Counted from the first letter of the stretch, positions 1 to 8,588 are shown. The stretch is 16,801 nt of DNA from Candidatus Rokuibacteriota bacterium (GCA_016184305.1 JACPCX010000132.1:1-16801); one strand, 5' to 3'. Notes: a model not told the origin generated them from the sequence alone. A program made the numbers and translations.

Positions 1-2
1 GC

Positions 3-516
3 GTGAGCCGGGTGGACGACAACTTGGTGGTGACGCTCCTGGGCACGGGGGACCAGGCGACGGTGCCGTACTGGTTCAATGACTGGCATCCCGCGTACCG
101 GGAGCTGGCCCGGGTGGAGTTCGCGGCCGACGGGACGGTGTGGGACGTGGACACGCTGCGGGCGATGGTGCTGCAGGGGACGGCGGGGGACGACACGCTG
201 ATCGGGTACGGGGAGACGGGGGATGTGATCAGCGGGCTGGGGGGCAATGACTATCTGGCCGGCGGCGCCGGCGACGACACGCTGGAGGGCGGCGCCGGGG
301 CAGACACGCTGCAGGGGGACAGCGGCAATGACAGCCTCCTGGGCGGGGCGGACGCGGACACGCTCTACGGGGGCGAGGGCGACGACACGCTGGACGGGGG
401 CCGGGGCGACGACATCATGGACGGGGGGTTCGGGAACGACACGTATCTCTTCGGCCGGGGGAGCGGGCAGGACACGGTCAACGACTATGACTGGCAGGTG
501 GTGGACACGGACCGGA
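3..516 (+). CDS. RTX / hemolysin-type Ca-binding repeat protein, upstream segment (enters from outside the window; frame breaks at ~516)
   Basis: Frame 3 encodes GGxGxDxLx nonapeptides ([45 protein letters not shown]) and the motif [14 protein letters not shown]. The frame stops at 557 after a junction at ~516. Confidence 0.85.
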
Positions 517-625
517 GGCACGGGGGACCAGGCGACGGTGCCGTACTGGTTCAATGACTGGCATCCCGCGTACCAGGAGCTGGCCCGGGTGGAGTTCGCG
601 GCCGACGGGACGGTGTGGGACGTGG
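42..625 (+). repeat. 109-bp direct repeat (42-150 and 517-625), one mismatch
   Basis: ggcacgggggaccaggcgacggtgccgtactggttcaat...gtgtgggacgtgg occurs twice; the only difference is G100 vs A575. The offset is 475 nt, not a multiple of 3. Confidence 0.95.
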
Positions 626-1923
626 CGGCGCTCAAGCAGCGCGTCCTCCAGGGCACTACGGGAGCCGACACGCTCATTGGCTACGAGAGCGCCGACACGC
701 TCATCGGGCTCGGGGGGGCGGACAGCCTCTACGGGAACGGTGGCGATGACCGCCTCGACGGGGGCGCCGGGGCCGATGCCATGTGGGGCGGCACGGGCAA
801 TGACACGTACCTGGTGGATGACGTCAACGACCGTGTCACCGAGTCAGGCGGCCAGGGGACGGACACCGTGCTGTCCGGCGTCAGCTTCGCGCTGCCGGCG
901 AACGTCGAGAACCTCACCCTCACGGGGACTGGGGCCATCAACGCCACCGGGAACGAGGCGGCCAACACCCTCAGAGGCAACGCGGCGGCCAATGTCCTCG
1001 ACGGCGGGCCGGGCGCCGACATCATGACGGGCGGCGCCGGCAACGACACCTATGTCGTGGATGACGCCGGCGACCGCATCACCGAACTGTCGGGGCAGGG
1101 CATCGACACGGTCCTGAGCTCGATCGGCTACACGCTGGGCGCCAACCTGGAGAACCTCACGCTCACGGGGACCGCCGCCATCAATGCCGCGGGCAACACC
1201 CTGAAGAACACCCTCGTCGGCAATGGCGCCAGCAATGTGCTCAGCGGGGGCGCGGGCGCCGACACCATGGCGGGCGGCGCCGGCAACGACACCTACGTCG
1301 TGGACAATGCGGGCGACGTGGTGACGGAGGCCGCGGGCGAGGGCACCGACACCGTGCAGGCCTCGCTGAGCTACACCCTCGGTGCCAGCGTCGAGAACCT
1401 CATGCTCACGGGCAGCAAGGCGATCAATGGTACGGGCAACGCGCTCGGCAACACGCTCACGGGCAACACTGCCGCCAACGTGCTGGCGGGAGGCGCTGGC
1501 AACGACGTGCTGAGCGGCGGGCGCGGCAACGACACCTATCGCTTCGACCGGGGCATGGGCGCAGACCGCATCGTCGAGAACGACGCGACCTCGGGCAACA
1601 CGGACACGGCGCTCTTCGGCAGCGGCATCCGCCCGCTGGACGTGATCCTGACCAGGAGCGTGAACAGCCTCGTGGTCGCGCTCCAGGCCTCGACGGACGC
1701 GGTCACCGTGCAGGACTGGTATCGCGGCCGGGCCTACCAGGTCGAGGTCATCCAGGCCGGCGACGGCAGCCGGCTCCTCGCCGCCCAGGTGGACTCGCTC
1801 ATCCAGGCCATGGCCGCCTTCAGCCAGAGCACGGGACTCAGCTGGAGCCAGGCCGCGGCGGAGCGTCCGGACGATGTGGCGGCCGTCCTCGCGGCCCATT
1901 GGCAGCCGGCGCAGGTTGGCTGA
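517..1923 (+). CDS. RTX / hemolysin-type Ca-binding repeat protein, C-terminal segment with putative T1SS secretion signal
   Basis: Frame 1 from 517 ([12 protein letters not shown]...) has many GGxGxD repeats, ENLTLTG units and a C-terminal [12 protein letters not shown]...LAAHW tail typical of T1SS-secreted RTX proteins. It lies directly upstream of HlyB/HlyD-type genes. The ORF-track start at 247 is out-of-frame sequence. Confidence 0.9.
   Translation, partial: GTGDQATVPYWFNDWHPAYQELARVEFAADGTVWDVAALKQRVLQGTTGADTLIGYESADTLIGLGGADSLYGNGGDDRLDGGAGADAMWGGTGNDTYLVDDVNDRVTESGGQGTDTVLSGVSFALPANVENLTLTGTGAINATGNEAANTLRGNAAANVLDGGPGADIMTGGAGNDTYVVDDAGDRITELSGQGIDTVLSSIGYTLGANLENLTLTGTAAINAAGNTLKNTLVGNGASNVLSGGAGADTMAGGAGNDTYVVDNAGDVVTEAAGEGTDTVQASLSYTLGASVENLMLTGSKAINGTGNALGNTLTGNTAANVLAGGAGNDVLSGGRGNDTYRFDRGMGADRIVENDATSGNTDTALFGSGIRPLDVILTRSVNSLVVALQASTDAVTVQDWYRGRAYQVEVIQAGDGSRLLAAQVDSLIQAMAAFSQSTGLSWSQAAAERPDDVAAVLAAHWQPAQVG
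772..1500 (+). repeat. Three tandem 243-nt (81-aa) intragenic RTX repeat units
   Basis: Units start at 772, 1015 and 1258, each ADxMxGGxGNDTYxVDxxxDxxTE..GxGxDTV.S...xL.AxxENLxLTG..AIN..GN. Confidence 0.9.
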
Positions 1924-4078
1924 GCCGCAGGGCCTCGACACCGGGCTCGCGTGCCTGCTCGCGCTGGCCCGCTTTCTGGGTGTCGCCGCCGACAGCGAGG
2001 AGCTGCGCCACCGCTTCGGCCGGTCCGGCGAACCCCTCTCGCAGACGGCGCTGGTGCGGGCCGCCCGGCACCTGGGGCTCCGCTGCCGTCCGGTGCGGCG
2101 CCGCTGGCCGAGGCTGGCAGCGGCGCCGCTTCCCGCCATGGCGCTTTGCCAGGGCAGCCGCTGGGTGATCGTGGCGCGAGCCGACCGGGAGCAGGCGCTC
2201 GTCCAGGAGCCGGGCGCGCCCGCCGTGGCCGTCTGGCCGCGCGAGCGCTTCGAGGCCGGGTGGACGGGCACGCTCCTCCTCTGCGCCCGCCACCGCGCTC
2301 CCGGCGGTGCCGGCGATCGGCCGTTCGGATTCCGGTGGTTCCTCCCCTTCGTCGTCAAGTACCGGCGCCAGCTTGCCCAGGTGCTCGCGGCCTCGATGCT
2401 GCTCCAGGTGCTGGGGCTCATGACGCCGCTCTTCACCCAGGTCGTCATCGACAAGGTCCTGGTCCACCGGGGACTCGCGACGCTCGACGTGCTGGCCGCA
2501 GGGATGCTCGGGCTCCTGGTCTTCGAGGCGCTCCTCGGGGGCCTGCGCGCCTATCTCTTCTCCCACACGGCGGCGCGCATCGACGTGGAGCTGGGCGCCC
2601 GGCTCGTGCGCCATCTCCTCGCACTCCCGCTGGCGTACTTCGAGGCGCGCCGGGTCGGGGACTCGGTGGCGCGCGTGCGTGAGCTCGAGAGCCTGCGGCA
2701 CTTCCTCACGGGCTCGCCGATCACGGCGCTGGTGGACGCCCTGTTCACGGGGATCTTCGTCGCCGTGCTCTTCCTCTACAGCGTTCCGCTGGCGCTGGTG
2801 GCGCTGGGCGCGCTGCCGGGCTACGCGCTCCTGTCTCTCGCCGTCACGCCACTCCTCCGCCAGCGCCTCGACGAGAAGTTCCGGCGGGGCGCCGATAGCC
2901 AGGCCTTTCTGGTCGAGTGCGTTCGCGGCGTGGAGACGGTGAAGGCCATGGCGGTGGAGCCGCAGATGGAGCGGCGCTGGGAGGAGCACCTGGCGGGCTA
3001 CGCGCGCGCCGGCTTTCGCGCGGCGCAGACGGGGCAGGTGGCGGGGCAGGTGGCCTCGCTGCTGAGCAAGCTGACGGCGCTCGTCATCCTCTGGTGGGGC
3101 ACGCGCCTGGTGATGGAGGGCGCCCTCACGGTGGGCGAGCTCATCGCCTTCAACATGCTGGCCGGGCGCGTGAGCGGACCCGTGCTGCGCCTGGTCCAGC
3201 TCTGGCAGGAGTTCCAGCAGGCCGCCATCTCCGTGGCGCGCCTTGGGGACGTGCTCGACACGCCCGGCGAGGTCCCGCGCGCCTCGGCCCGGAGCCGGCC
3301 GCCGGCCGTGGCCGGACGCATCGCCTTCGAGGAGGTCTCCTTCCGCTATCGCGCGGGCGGCCCCGACGTCCTGCGCGGTGTCTCGCTCTCGGCGGCCCCG
3401 GGGGAAGTGATCGGCATCGTCGGGCCGTCAGGCTCGGGCAAGAGCACCCTCGCCAAGCTCCTCCAGCGCCTGTATGTGCCCGTGTCGGGCCGCGTCCTGC
3501 TGGACGGGATGGATCTGGCGCAGCTGGATCCGGTGTGGCTCAGGCGCCGCGTCGCCGTGGTGCCCCAGGAGACGGTGCTCTTCAACGGCTCGGTGCGCGA
3601 CAACATCGCGCTGGGCGATCCCGGCTTGCCGATGGAGCCGGTGATGGCGGCGGCGCGGCTGGCCGGCGCCCACGACTTCATCGTCGATCTTCCCGAGGGC
3701 TATGACACGGCGGTGGGGGATCACGGCTGCGCGCTCTCCGGCGGGCAGCGCCAGCGCATTGCCATCGCCCGCGCGCTGTGTGCCGATCCCTCCGTGCTCA
3801 TCTTCGACGAGGCGACGAGCGCCCTCGATCACGAGGCCGAGCGCGTCATCCGGGGCCATCTGCCGCAGATCTGCCGGGGGCGCACCGTCCTCATCATCGC
3901 TCACCGCCTGACCATGGTGGAGCGCGTGGATCGCGTCCTGGTCATCGACGGCGGGCGCGTGGCGGAGGAGGGGGCGCCGAGTGCGCTCGGCGGGGCGGGG
4001 GGATTCTTCGCGCGTCTCTGCGCCGATCAAGGCGCCGGGCGGCGTGTGGGCGCCGCGCCCCCGGCGAGCGGGCCGTGA
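1916..4078 (+). CDS. hlyB: Type I secretion system ABC transporter (HlyB family) with N-terminal C39-like domain
   Basis: N-terminal DTGLACLL (C39-like; Thr at the catalytic Cys position of DCGLACL), [10 protein letters not shown] region, Walker [10 protein letters not shown], signature LSGGQRQR, Walker B LIFDE, H-loop IAHR. A TTG start at 1916 overlapping the RTX stop is inferred; the ORF track starts at 1874. Confidence 0.93.
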   Translation: MAEPQGLDTGLACLLALARFLGVAADSEELRHRFGRSGEPLSQTALVRAARHLGLRCRPVRRRWPRLAAAPLPAMALCQGSRWVIVARADREQALVQEPGAPAVAVWPRERFEAGWTGTLLLCARHRAPGGAGDRPFGFRWFLPFVVKYRRQLAQVLAASMLLQVLGLMTPLFTQVVIDKVLVHRGLATLDVLAAGMLGLLVFEALLGGLRAYLFSHTAARIDVELGARLVRHLLALPLAYFEARRVGDSVARVRELESLRHFLTGSPITALVDALFTGIFVAVLFLYSVPLALVALGALPGYALLSLAVTPLLRQRLDEKFRRGADSQAFLVECVRGVETVKAMAVEPQMERRWEEHLAGYARAGFRAAQTGQVAGQVASLLSKLTALVILWWGTRLVMEGALTVGELIAFNMLAGRVSGPVLRLVQLWQEFQQAAISVARLGDVLDTPGEVPRASARSRPPAVAGRIAFEEVSFRYRAGGPDVLRGVSLSAAPGEVIGIVGPSGSGKSTLAKLLQRLYVPVSGRVLLDGMDLAQLDPVWLRRRVAVVPQETVLFNGSVRDNIALGDPGLPMEPVMAAARLAGAHDFIVDLPEGYDTAVGDHGCALSGGQRQRIAIARALCADPSVLIFDEATSALDHEAERVIRGHLPQICRGRTVLIIAHRLTMVERVDRVLVIDGGRVAEEGAPSALGGAGGFFARLCADQGAGRRVGAAPPASGP

Positions 4079-5403
4079 GCCGCGCCCGGCTGCGTGGGCG
4101 GCGGGAGGACCGCGAGTTCCTGCCGGCGCTCCTCGAGATCCAGGACTCACCGCCCTCGCCGCTCGCTATGGCGCTCGGCCTGATCATCCTCGCGCTTGTC
4201 GCCGCGGTGGCGGCCTGGGCCACCCTCGGCTCGCTCGACGTGGTGGCCGTGGCGCCCGGCAGGGTCATCGCCGCCGGCCACTCCAAGCTGATCCAGCCGC
4301 TCGAGGCCGGTGTGATCCGGGCGATCCGCGTCGGTGACGGCGCCGCGGTGCGCAAGGGGCAGGTGCTCGTCGAGCTCGATCCCACGGTGAGCAGTGCCGA
4401 CGAGACGCGGCTGGCCAGCGAGGAGGCAGCCGCCCGCGTCCACATCGCGCGCCTGCGCGCCCTCCTCGCGGGGCAGCCGTCCTTCGACGGGCCCCCGGGG
4501 GCCGCGGCCGGGCTCGTCGCGCTCCAGCGCCAGCTCCTGGCCGATCAGCGCCAGGAGCAGGAGCGCCGGCTCGAGGCGGCTGCGCTTGGCATCAGCCAGC
4601 GTGTGTCCGCGGTCGAGGGCGCACGGGCCAACGTCGAGCGCCTGGAGATCCTTGTCGCGATGCAGACCGAGCGCGCCCAGGCCTACCGGACGCTCTTCGA
4701 GCGCGAGTACGTGGCGCGCATGCAGTACCTCGAGGTCGAGGAGCGGCGCGTAGACCGGGTGCAGGATCTCGCCATGGAGCGCCAGCGGCTGGACCGCGAG
4801 CGGGCGGCGCTCGCCGAGGCGGAGAAGCAGTTCGAGGTGCTCGAGTCCGAGTTCAAGCGGGCGCGGCTCGGCGAGCTCACCGAGTGGGAGAGCCGCGCCG
4901 CGGCGGTCTCGCAGGATGTCGTCAAGGCGGCCCGGCGCCGCGCCGTGCAGCGGCTCGTCTCCCCCGTGGACGGCGTCGTCCAGCAGCTCGCCGTGCACAC
5001 GGTGGGGGGCGTCGTGACGCCGGGGCAGCAGCTCATGGTCGTGGTGCCGCGGGACGCGTCGCTGGAGGTCGAGGCCTGGGTGGAGAACAAGGATGTGGGC
5101 TTCGTGCGTCCCGGGCAGCCCGTCGAGGTCAAGGTGGAGACCTTTCCCTTCACGCGTTACGGGACGGTGGCGGGGCGCGTCACGAGCCTGTCGGGCGATG
5201 CCATCTCGGTCGAGCGGCTCGGGCTCGTCTACGCGGCGCGGGTGAGCCTCGACCGGAGCGTGGTCCGCGTGGAGGAGCGCGACGTGGCCCTCGCCCCGGG
5301 GATGGCCGTCGCGGTGGAGATCATGATCGGCAGGCGGCGCGCGCTCGACTTCTTCCTGAGCCCGCTCATGCGTCGGTCCCACGAGTCCCTACGCGAGCGA
5401 TAG
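4075..5403 (+). CDS. hlyD: Type I secretion membrane fusion protein (HlyD family)
   Basis: EFLPALLEIQDSPPSP N-terminus, one TM helix, KLIQPLEAGVI, coiled coil, SPVDGVVQQLAVHTVGGVV, VKVETFPFTRYG, PGMAVAVEI, C-terminal ESLRER. GTG start at 4075 overlaps the hlyB TGA (GTGA). Confidence 0.93.
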   Translation: MSRARLRGRREDREFLPALLEIQDSPPSPLAMALGLIILALVAAVAAWATLGSLDVVAVAPGRVIAAGHSKLIQPLEAGVIRAIRVGDGAAVRKGQVLVELDPTVSSADETRLASEEAAARVHIARLRALLAGQPSFDGPPGAAAGLVALQRQLLADQRQEQERRLEAAALGISQRVSAVEGARANVERLEILVAMQTERAQAYRTLFEREYVARMQYLEVEERRVDRVQDLAMERQRLDRERAALAEAEKQFEVLESEFKRARLGELTEWESRAAAVSQDVVKAARRRAVQRLVSPVDGVVQQLAVHTVGGVVTPGQQLMVVVPRDASLEVEAWVENKDVGFVRPGQPVEVKVETFPFTRYGTVAGRVTSLSGDAISVERLGLVYAARVSLDRSVVRVEERDVALAPGMAVAVEIMIGRRRALDFFLSPLMRRSHESLRER

Positions 5404-5500
5404 GGATCGCGAGCTGGGGGCGTTCGCGTAGGGCTGTCCCCCTGGAGCAAGGAGCGGCCGAAAAGCTCAGGCCCGGCTCGGATGGATGGGAAGGTAGCTG

Positions 5501-5800
5501 CTAGCCCGCCCCTCGCCCCGGCCCGCGCGGGTCCCGCCCGCGCCGCCGCAGCTCCCGATGGATCCGCAGGTCGACGAGCCGCATCACGAAGGCCACCACG
5601 GCCGCGGCCAGGGCGAGGCTGAGCAGGGCGCCGATCGTGAGCGTGTCGGCCAAAGTGCTCACGCCCCGAATCCCGAGGTAGGTGGTGAGAACGGCCGACA
5701 GGAGGATGACGGCCAGCATCCCTCCCCGATAGAGCCAGCGCTCCACCAGGAGCTGCTCCAGCGCGGCGTCGTCCTTGTCCAGCCACTCCGAATCTCTCAT
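5501..5800 (-). CDS. Small membrane protein (99 aa, two predicted TM helices), unknown function
   Basis: ATG at 5800 preceded by AGAGGGG. MRDSEWLDKDDAALEQLLVERWLYR is followed by two hydrophobic stretches and an Arg-rich C-terminus. Confidence 0.7.
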   Translation of the reverse strand: MRDSEWLDKDDAALEQLLVERWLYRGGMLAVILLSAVLTTYLGIRGVSTLADTLTIGALLSLALAAAVVAFVMRLVDLRIHRELRRRGRDPRGPGRGAG

Positions 5801-5831
5801 TGCCCCTCTGTCTCCGGAGGTCCCGGAAGCA

Positions 5832-5860
5832 TTGCGCTTCCGACACCGAGGGTATAGGAT
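5832..5860 (+). promoter_or_regulatory. Putative sigma70-type promoter for the selenoprotein-cstA operon
   Basis: TTGCGC (5832-5837)-N17-TAGGAT (5855-5860), about 40 nt upstream of ATG 5901. Motif match only. Confidence 0.5.
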
Positions 5861-5878
5861 GCTTGCCGACCGAGTCAA
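5849..5878 (-). promoter_or_regulatory. Putative sigma70-type promoter for the divergent 2-TM gene
   Basis: Minus strand TTGACT (5878-5873)-N18-TACCCT (5854-5849), or N16-TATACC. It overlaps the plus-strand promoter. Motif match only. Confidence 0.4.
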
Positions 5879-5900
5879 CGGGACACAGAGGGGATAGGCT

Positions 5901-6302
5901 ATGGGTACTGTAGCCCCCGACCGGCCGCTCCGCGTTGAAGTCATCACCTACGTCCCGACCCACTATCAGCACTGACAGCACTGCGAGGTGACCTGGCAGG
6001 TCGCCGGGTTGGGTCAGAAGGTGCACCGGGAGCAGCTCGACGCCGGGCTCCCGGATGACCTCGCGGCTGAATTCCATTCCCTTTCCCAGTGGGCCCACGG
6101 GCTGCCTCACCGGTACGGGTCGCGCGTCACGGTTCGGCTCGTGGACGCGGCCTCCATCGAAGGCTTCTTCAAGTCCCTGGTCCGTCGCCTCCATCGGTAT
6201 CCCGCATTCATCGTCGAGGGCAGGAAGTACGTGGGCAACGACTTCGTCAAGGTGGACGCCCTGATCTCGGCGGGCCTGGCAGCCCAGCGGGTGGGTTCGT
6301 GA
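5901..6302 (+). CDS. Thioredoxin-fold protein with UxxC motif; probable selenoprotein (133 aa, Sec at codon 25, TGA 5973-5975)
   Basis: ATG 5901 with SD-like GAGGGG. Reads MGTVAPDRPLRVEVITYVPTHYQH-TGA-QHCEVTWQV, continuous in frame with ORF 5988..6302. Order of elements (beta strand, UxxC, helix, VTVRLVDA strand, YPAFIVEG cis-Pro-like segment) fits a thioredoxin-like fold. A SECIS-like hairpin follows the TGA. Confidence 0.8.
5987..6005 (+). promoter_or_regulatory. Putative bacterial SECIS element
   Basis: GGUGACCU-GGC-AGGUCGCC: 8-bp stem (one G-U pair) with a G-led apical loop. The stem starts exactly 11 nt after the UGA, as in the E. coli fdhF SECIS. Confidence 0.72.
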
Positions 6303-6403
6303 CCAGGGCCGGGATCTCCCAACGCCTGGAAAGGGGGCGATGCGTCTCGTCGTGGTGAGGATCGGGCAGTGACAGACTGCCTTACAGAAAAGGAGGAGGC
6401 AGA

Positions 6404-8197
6404 ATGAACACCCTGCTGGCCGTGATCATCGGGGCGGCAACCGTGTATCTGGCATACACGCTCTACGCCCGCCGGATCGACCGCAACGTGATCCAGTCGG
6501 ATCCCAAGCGGGCCACCCCGGCCACGCTGTACATGGACGGCGTGGATTTCATGCCGACCAACCGCAATATCCTCTTCGGCTACCACTTCAAGTCCATCGC
6601 CGCCGCCGGGCCCATCGTGGGCGCGATCGTGGCCGCGAGCCTGTGGGGGTGGCTCCCCTCCATCATCTGGCTGGTGCTGGGGGTCTCGTTCATCGGCTGG
6701 GCCAGCGACTACAGCGCCATCGTGATCTCGGTGCGGAACGAGGGCAACAGCCTCTCCGCGATCGCGCACAAGCTGGTCTCGTCCCGCACCCGGACCGTGC
6801 TGCTGCTCTTCATCTTCTTCTATCTCCTGCTGGTGACCGGCGCCTTCGTCAGCATCATGGCGCAGGTGATGGACTCCCAGCCGCGGACCCACTTCGGCAT
6901 CATCATGCTGGTCGTCATGGGGCTGCTGCTGGGCCAGATGCTCTATCGCTGGAAGACAGGGCTGGTGGCCGCCACGCTCCTCGCGGTCGGCGTCACCCTG
7001 CTGGCCATCCTGTCGGGTCCCTGGAGCGGGGCGGCCTTCCAAGGGCTCAACGCGTGGCTCAACGGGCTGACGGGTGGCGCGCCGCTGGTCACCTACTTCG
7101 ACCCGACGCTGGCCGGATTCAAGGGGGCCGAGGCGAAGATCATGCCGAGCCTCCTCTTCTGGGCCATCGCGATCTCCGTCTTCTGCTACGCCGGCTCGGT
7201 TCTCCCCATCTGGCGGATGGCTCAGCCGGTGGTCTACGTGGGCTTCTGGATCACCGCCCTGTCCATGGTGCTCGGCCTGGGCGGCGCCGCGGTGGCGAGC
7301 TTCGTCAAGCCGGAGGTCGCCCAGTTCCAGATCCCGGCCTTCAAGGGCTTCAATCCCCAGCTGGGCCCGGCCGGGATCATGCCGCTTTGGCCCATGCTCT
7401 TCGTGACCATCGCCTGCGGCGCGATCTCGGGCTGGCACGCCCTGTTCGGGGCGGTGGGCACGGCCCGGCAGATCGAGAATGAGGCCGACATGCTGCCGGT
7501 GGGCGGCGGCTCCATGTTCACCGAGTTCCTCCTCGGGCTGCTGGCCCTCCTGGCCGTCTCGGTCGGGGCCAAGGGGGCGCCCGTGGCCGCCTTCGCCAAC
7601 GGGCTCGGCGGCTTCATCAGCGTCTGGGGCGTCCCAATCCAGTACGCCGTGTCCCTCGCCTTCGCGGCCTTCATCGTGATCGTGCTCGTGGTGACCCAGC
7701 TCATCTTCCGGGTCATGCGCATCACCCTCACCGAATGGCTGGGCGAGGTCATCCCGCCCTGCCGCAACCAGCACGTGTCCTCGCTCGTCTGCGTCCTGCT
7801 GGCCCTTCTGCTGGTGGTGACCGGGACCTGGGTCTATCTCTGGCAGCTCTTCGGCGGGGCCAACCAGCTCATGGCCGCCCTGGCGCTCCTGCTGGTGACG
7901 GTGTGGCTGGCCTCCGTGGGCAAGAACTGGCTCTACGCGGGGCTGCCGATGATCTTCATGTACGTCACCACGGTGGCCTCGCTCCTGGTCACCGCCTACA
8001 ACGTCTACTTCAACGTCTACCAGCCCAACCGGGAGGCCGGCCGCATGCTGCCCATGGTCGGCTCGGGGCTCATGGTCCTGGTGGCGCTGCTGCTCGTGGT
8101 CGCGGCGGTATTCATCGGGATTGACGGCTGGCGCGCTTTCGTGAAGTACCTGCGGCGGCCGACGCCCGCCCCGAAGCCGGCGCCTGCCCGGGGTTAA
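6404..8197 (+). CDS. cstA: Carbon starvation CstA-family membrane transporter
   Basis: 597 aa, highly hydrophobic. Motifs TPA...DGVDFMP, FGYHFKSIAAAGPIVG, WGWLP, LFVTIACGAISGWH and WQLFGGANQLMA match the CstA family. Strong SD AGGAGGAGG. Confidence 0.92.
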   Translation: MNTLLAVIIGAATVYLAYTLYARRIDRNVIQSDPKRATPATLYMDGVDFMPTNRNILFGYHFKSIAAAGPIVGAIVAASLWGWLPSIIWLVLGVSFIGWASDYSAIVISVRNEGNSLSAIAHKLVSSRTRTVLLLFIFFYLLLVTGAFVSIMAQVMDSQPRTHFGIIMLVVMGLLLGQMLYRWKTGLVAATLLAVGVTLLAILSGPWSGAAFQGLNAWLNGLTGGAPLVTYFDPTLAGFKGAEAKIMPSLLFWAIAISVFCYAGSVLPIWRMAQPVVYVGFWITALSMVLGLGGAAVASFVKPEVAQFQIPAFKGFNPQLGPAGIMPLWPMLFVTIACGAISGWHALFGAVGTARQIENEADMLPVGGGSMFTEFLLGLLALLAVSVGAKGAPVAAFANGLGGFISVWGVPIQYAVSLAFAAFIVIVLVVTQLIFRVMRITLTEWLGEVIPPCRNQHVSSLVCVLLALLLVVTGTWVYLWQLFGGANQLMAALALLLVTVWLASVGKNWLYAGLPMIFMYVTTVASLLVTAYNVYFNVYQPNREAGRMLPMVGSGLMVLVALLLVVAAVFIGIDGWRAFVKYLRRPTPAPKPAPARG

Positions 8198-8219
8198 GCG
8201 GCCCGGCCCGCCAAGCCGC

Positions 8220-8277
8220 AGCGCGGAGTGGGGAGCCGGGGAGGGACAACCTCCCCGGCGCCCGCCGGCGCCGCGCT
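8220..8277 (+). other. GC-rich intergenic stem-loop
   Basis: Perfect 10-bp stem GCCGGGGAGG (8235-8244) / CCTCCCCGGC (8250-8259), loop GACAA, enclosed by AGCGCGG (8220-8226) / CCGCGCT (8271-8277). No U-tract. Confidence 0.55.
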
Positions 8278-8291
8278 CGACACCAGCGTTC

Positions 8292-8588
8292 ATGCCGACT
8301 CGAGGACTCACGAACCGCCTGTCCAACGGCTGGGAGGCGGTCAGACAGTTCATGTACGGGCTGACGGGCCATGAGTTCGCCCGCCACGCCCTCGGGATGC
8401 GCCATGAGCTGGAGGCGGTGTTCATGGTGGTCACGCTGGGCGACCTGATCGGCGTGCCGATCCTGCCGCCCATCTACTCGCTGCGCCTGCTGCCCTATGT
8501 GGTGCCCGAGATCGCCACGTGGAAGCGCCACATGGCGAAGCGGAAGGAGTTCTGGGAGAAGGAAGAGTATGATATGCACGGCGTCTAA
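8292..8588 (+). CDS. Small CstA/ArsA-associated protein, paralog 1 (resembles 'CC-star' type proteins but lacks a terminal Cys-Cys)
   Basis: 98 aa; core TLGDLIGVPILPPIYSLRLLPYVVPEIATWKRHM shared with the next gene. Located between cstA and the ATPases. No clear SD, so the start is uncertain. Confidence 0.75.
   Translation: MPTRGLTNRLSNGWEAVRQFMYGLTGHEFARHALGMRHELEAVFMVVTLGDLIGVPILPPIYSLRLLPYVVPEIATWKRHMAKRKEFWEKEEYDMHGV

Noticed and set aside
42..1500. Repeats as a CRISPR array or mobile element ends
   Set aside because: They are coding repeats of RTX modules; there is no repeat-spacer pattern and no cas, transposase or integrase gene.
844..5382. Long minus-strand ORFs (844-2454, 1838-2989, 3428-4150, 4147-5382)
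   Set aside because: Antisense shadows of the RTX/hlyB/hlyD genes with no recognisable motifs.
5988..6302. 104-aa ORF starting at GTG 5988 as the true gene
   Set aside because: This start lies inside the hairpin with no well-spaced SD and removes the first strand and UxxC motif. ATG 5901 has an SD and an upstream promoter-like motif.
6300..6407. Second UGA read-through at the selenoprotein stop (frame stays open to a TGA overlapping the cstA ATG)
   Set aside because: No Cys-type motif context, no clear hairpin at the SECIS distance, and the extension does not look protein-like. A 34-codon open stretch is expected at this GC content.
8235..8259. Intrinsic terminator after cstA
   Set aside because: Strong stem but no U-tract on either strand, and downstream genes appear to belong to the same operon.
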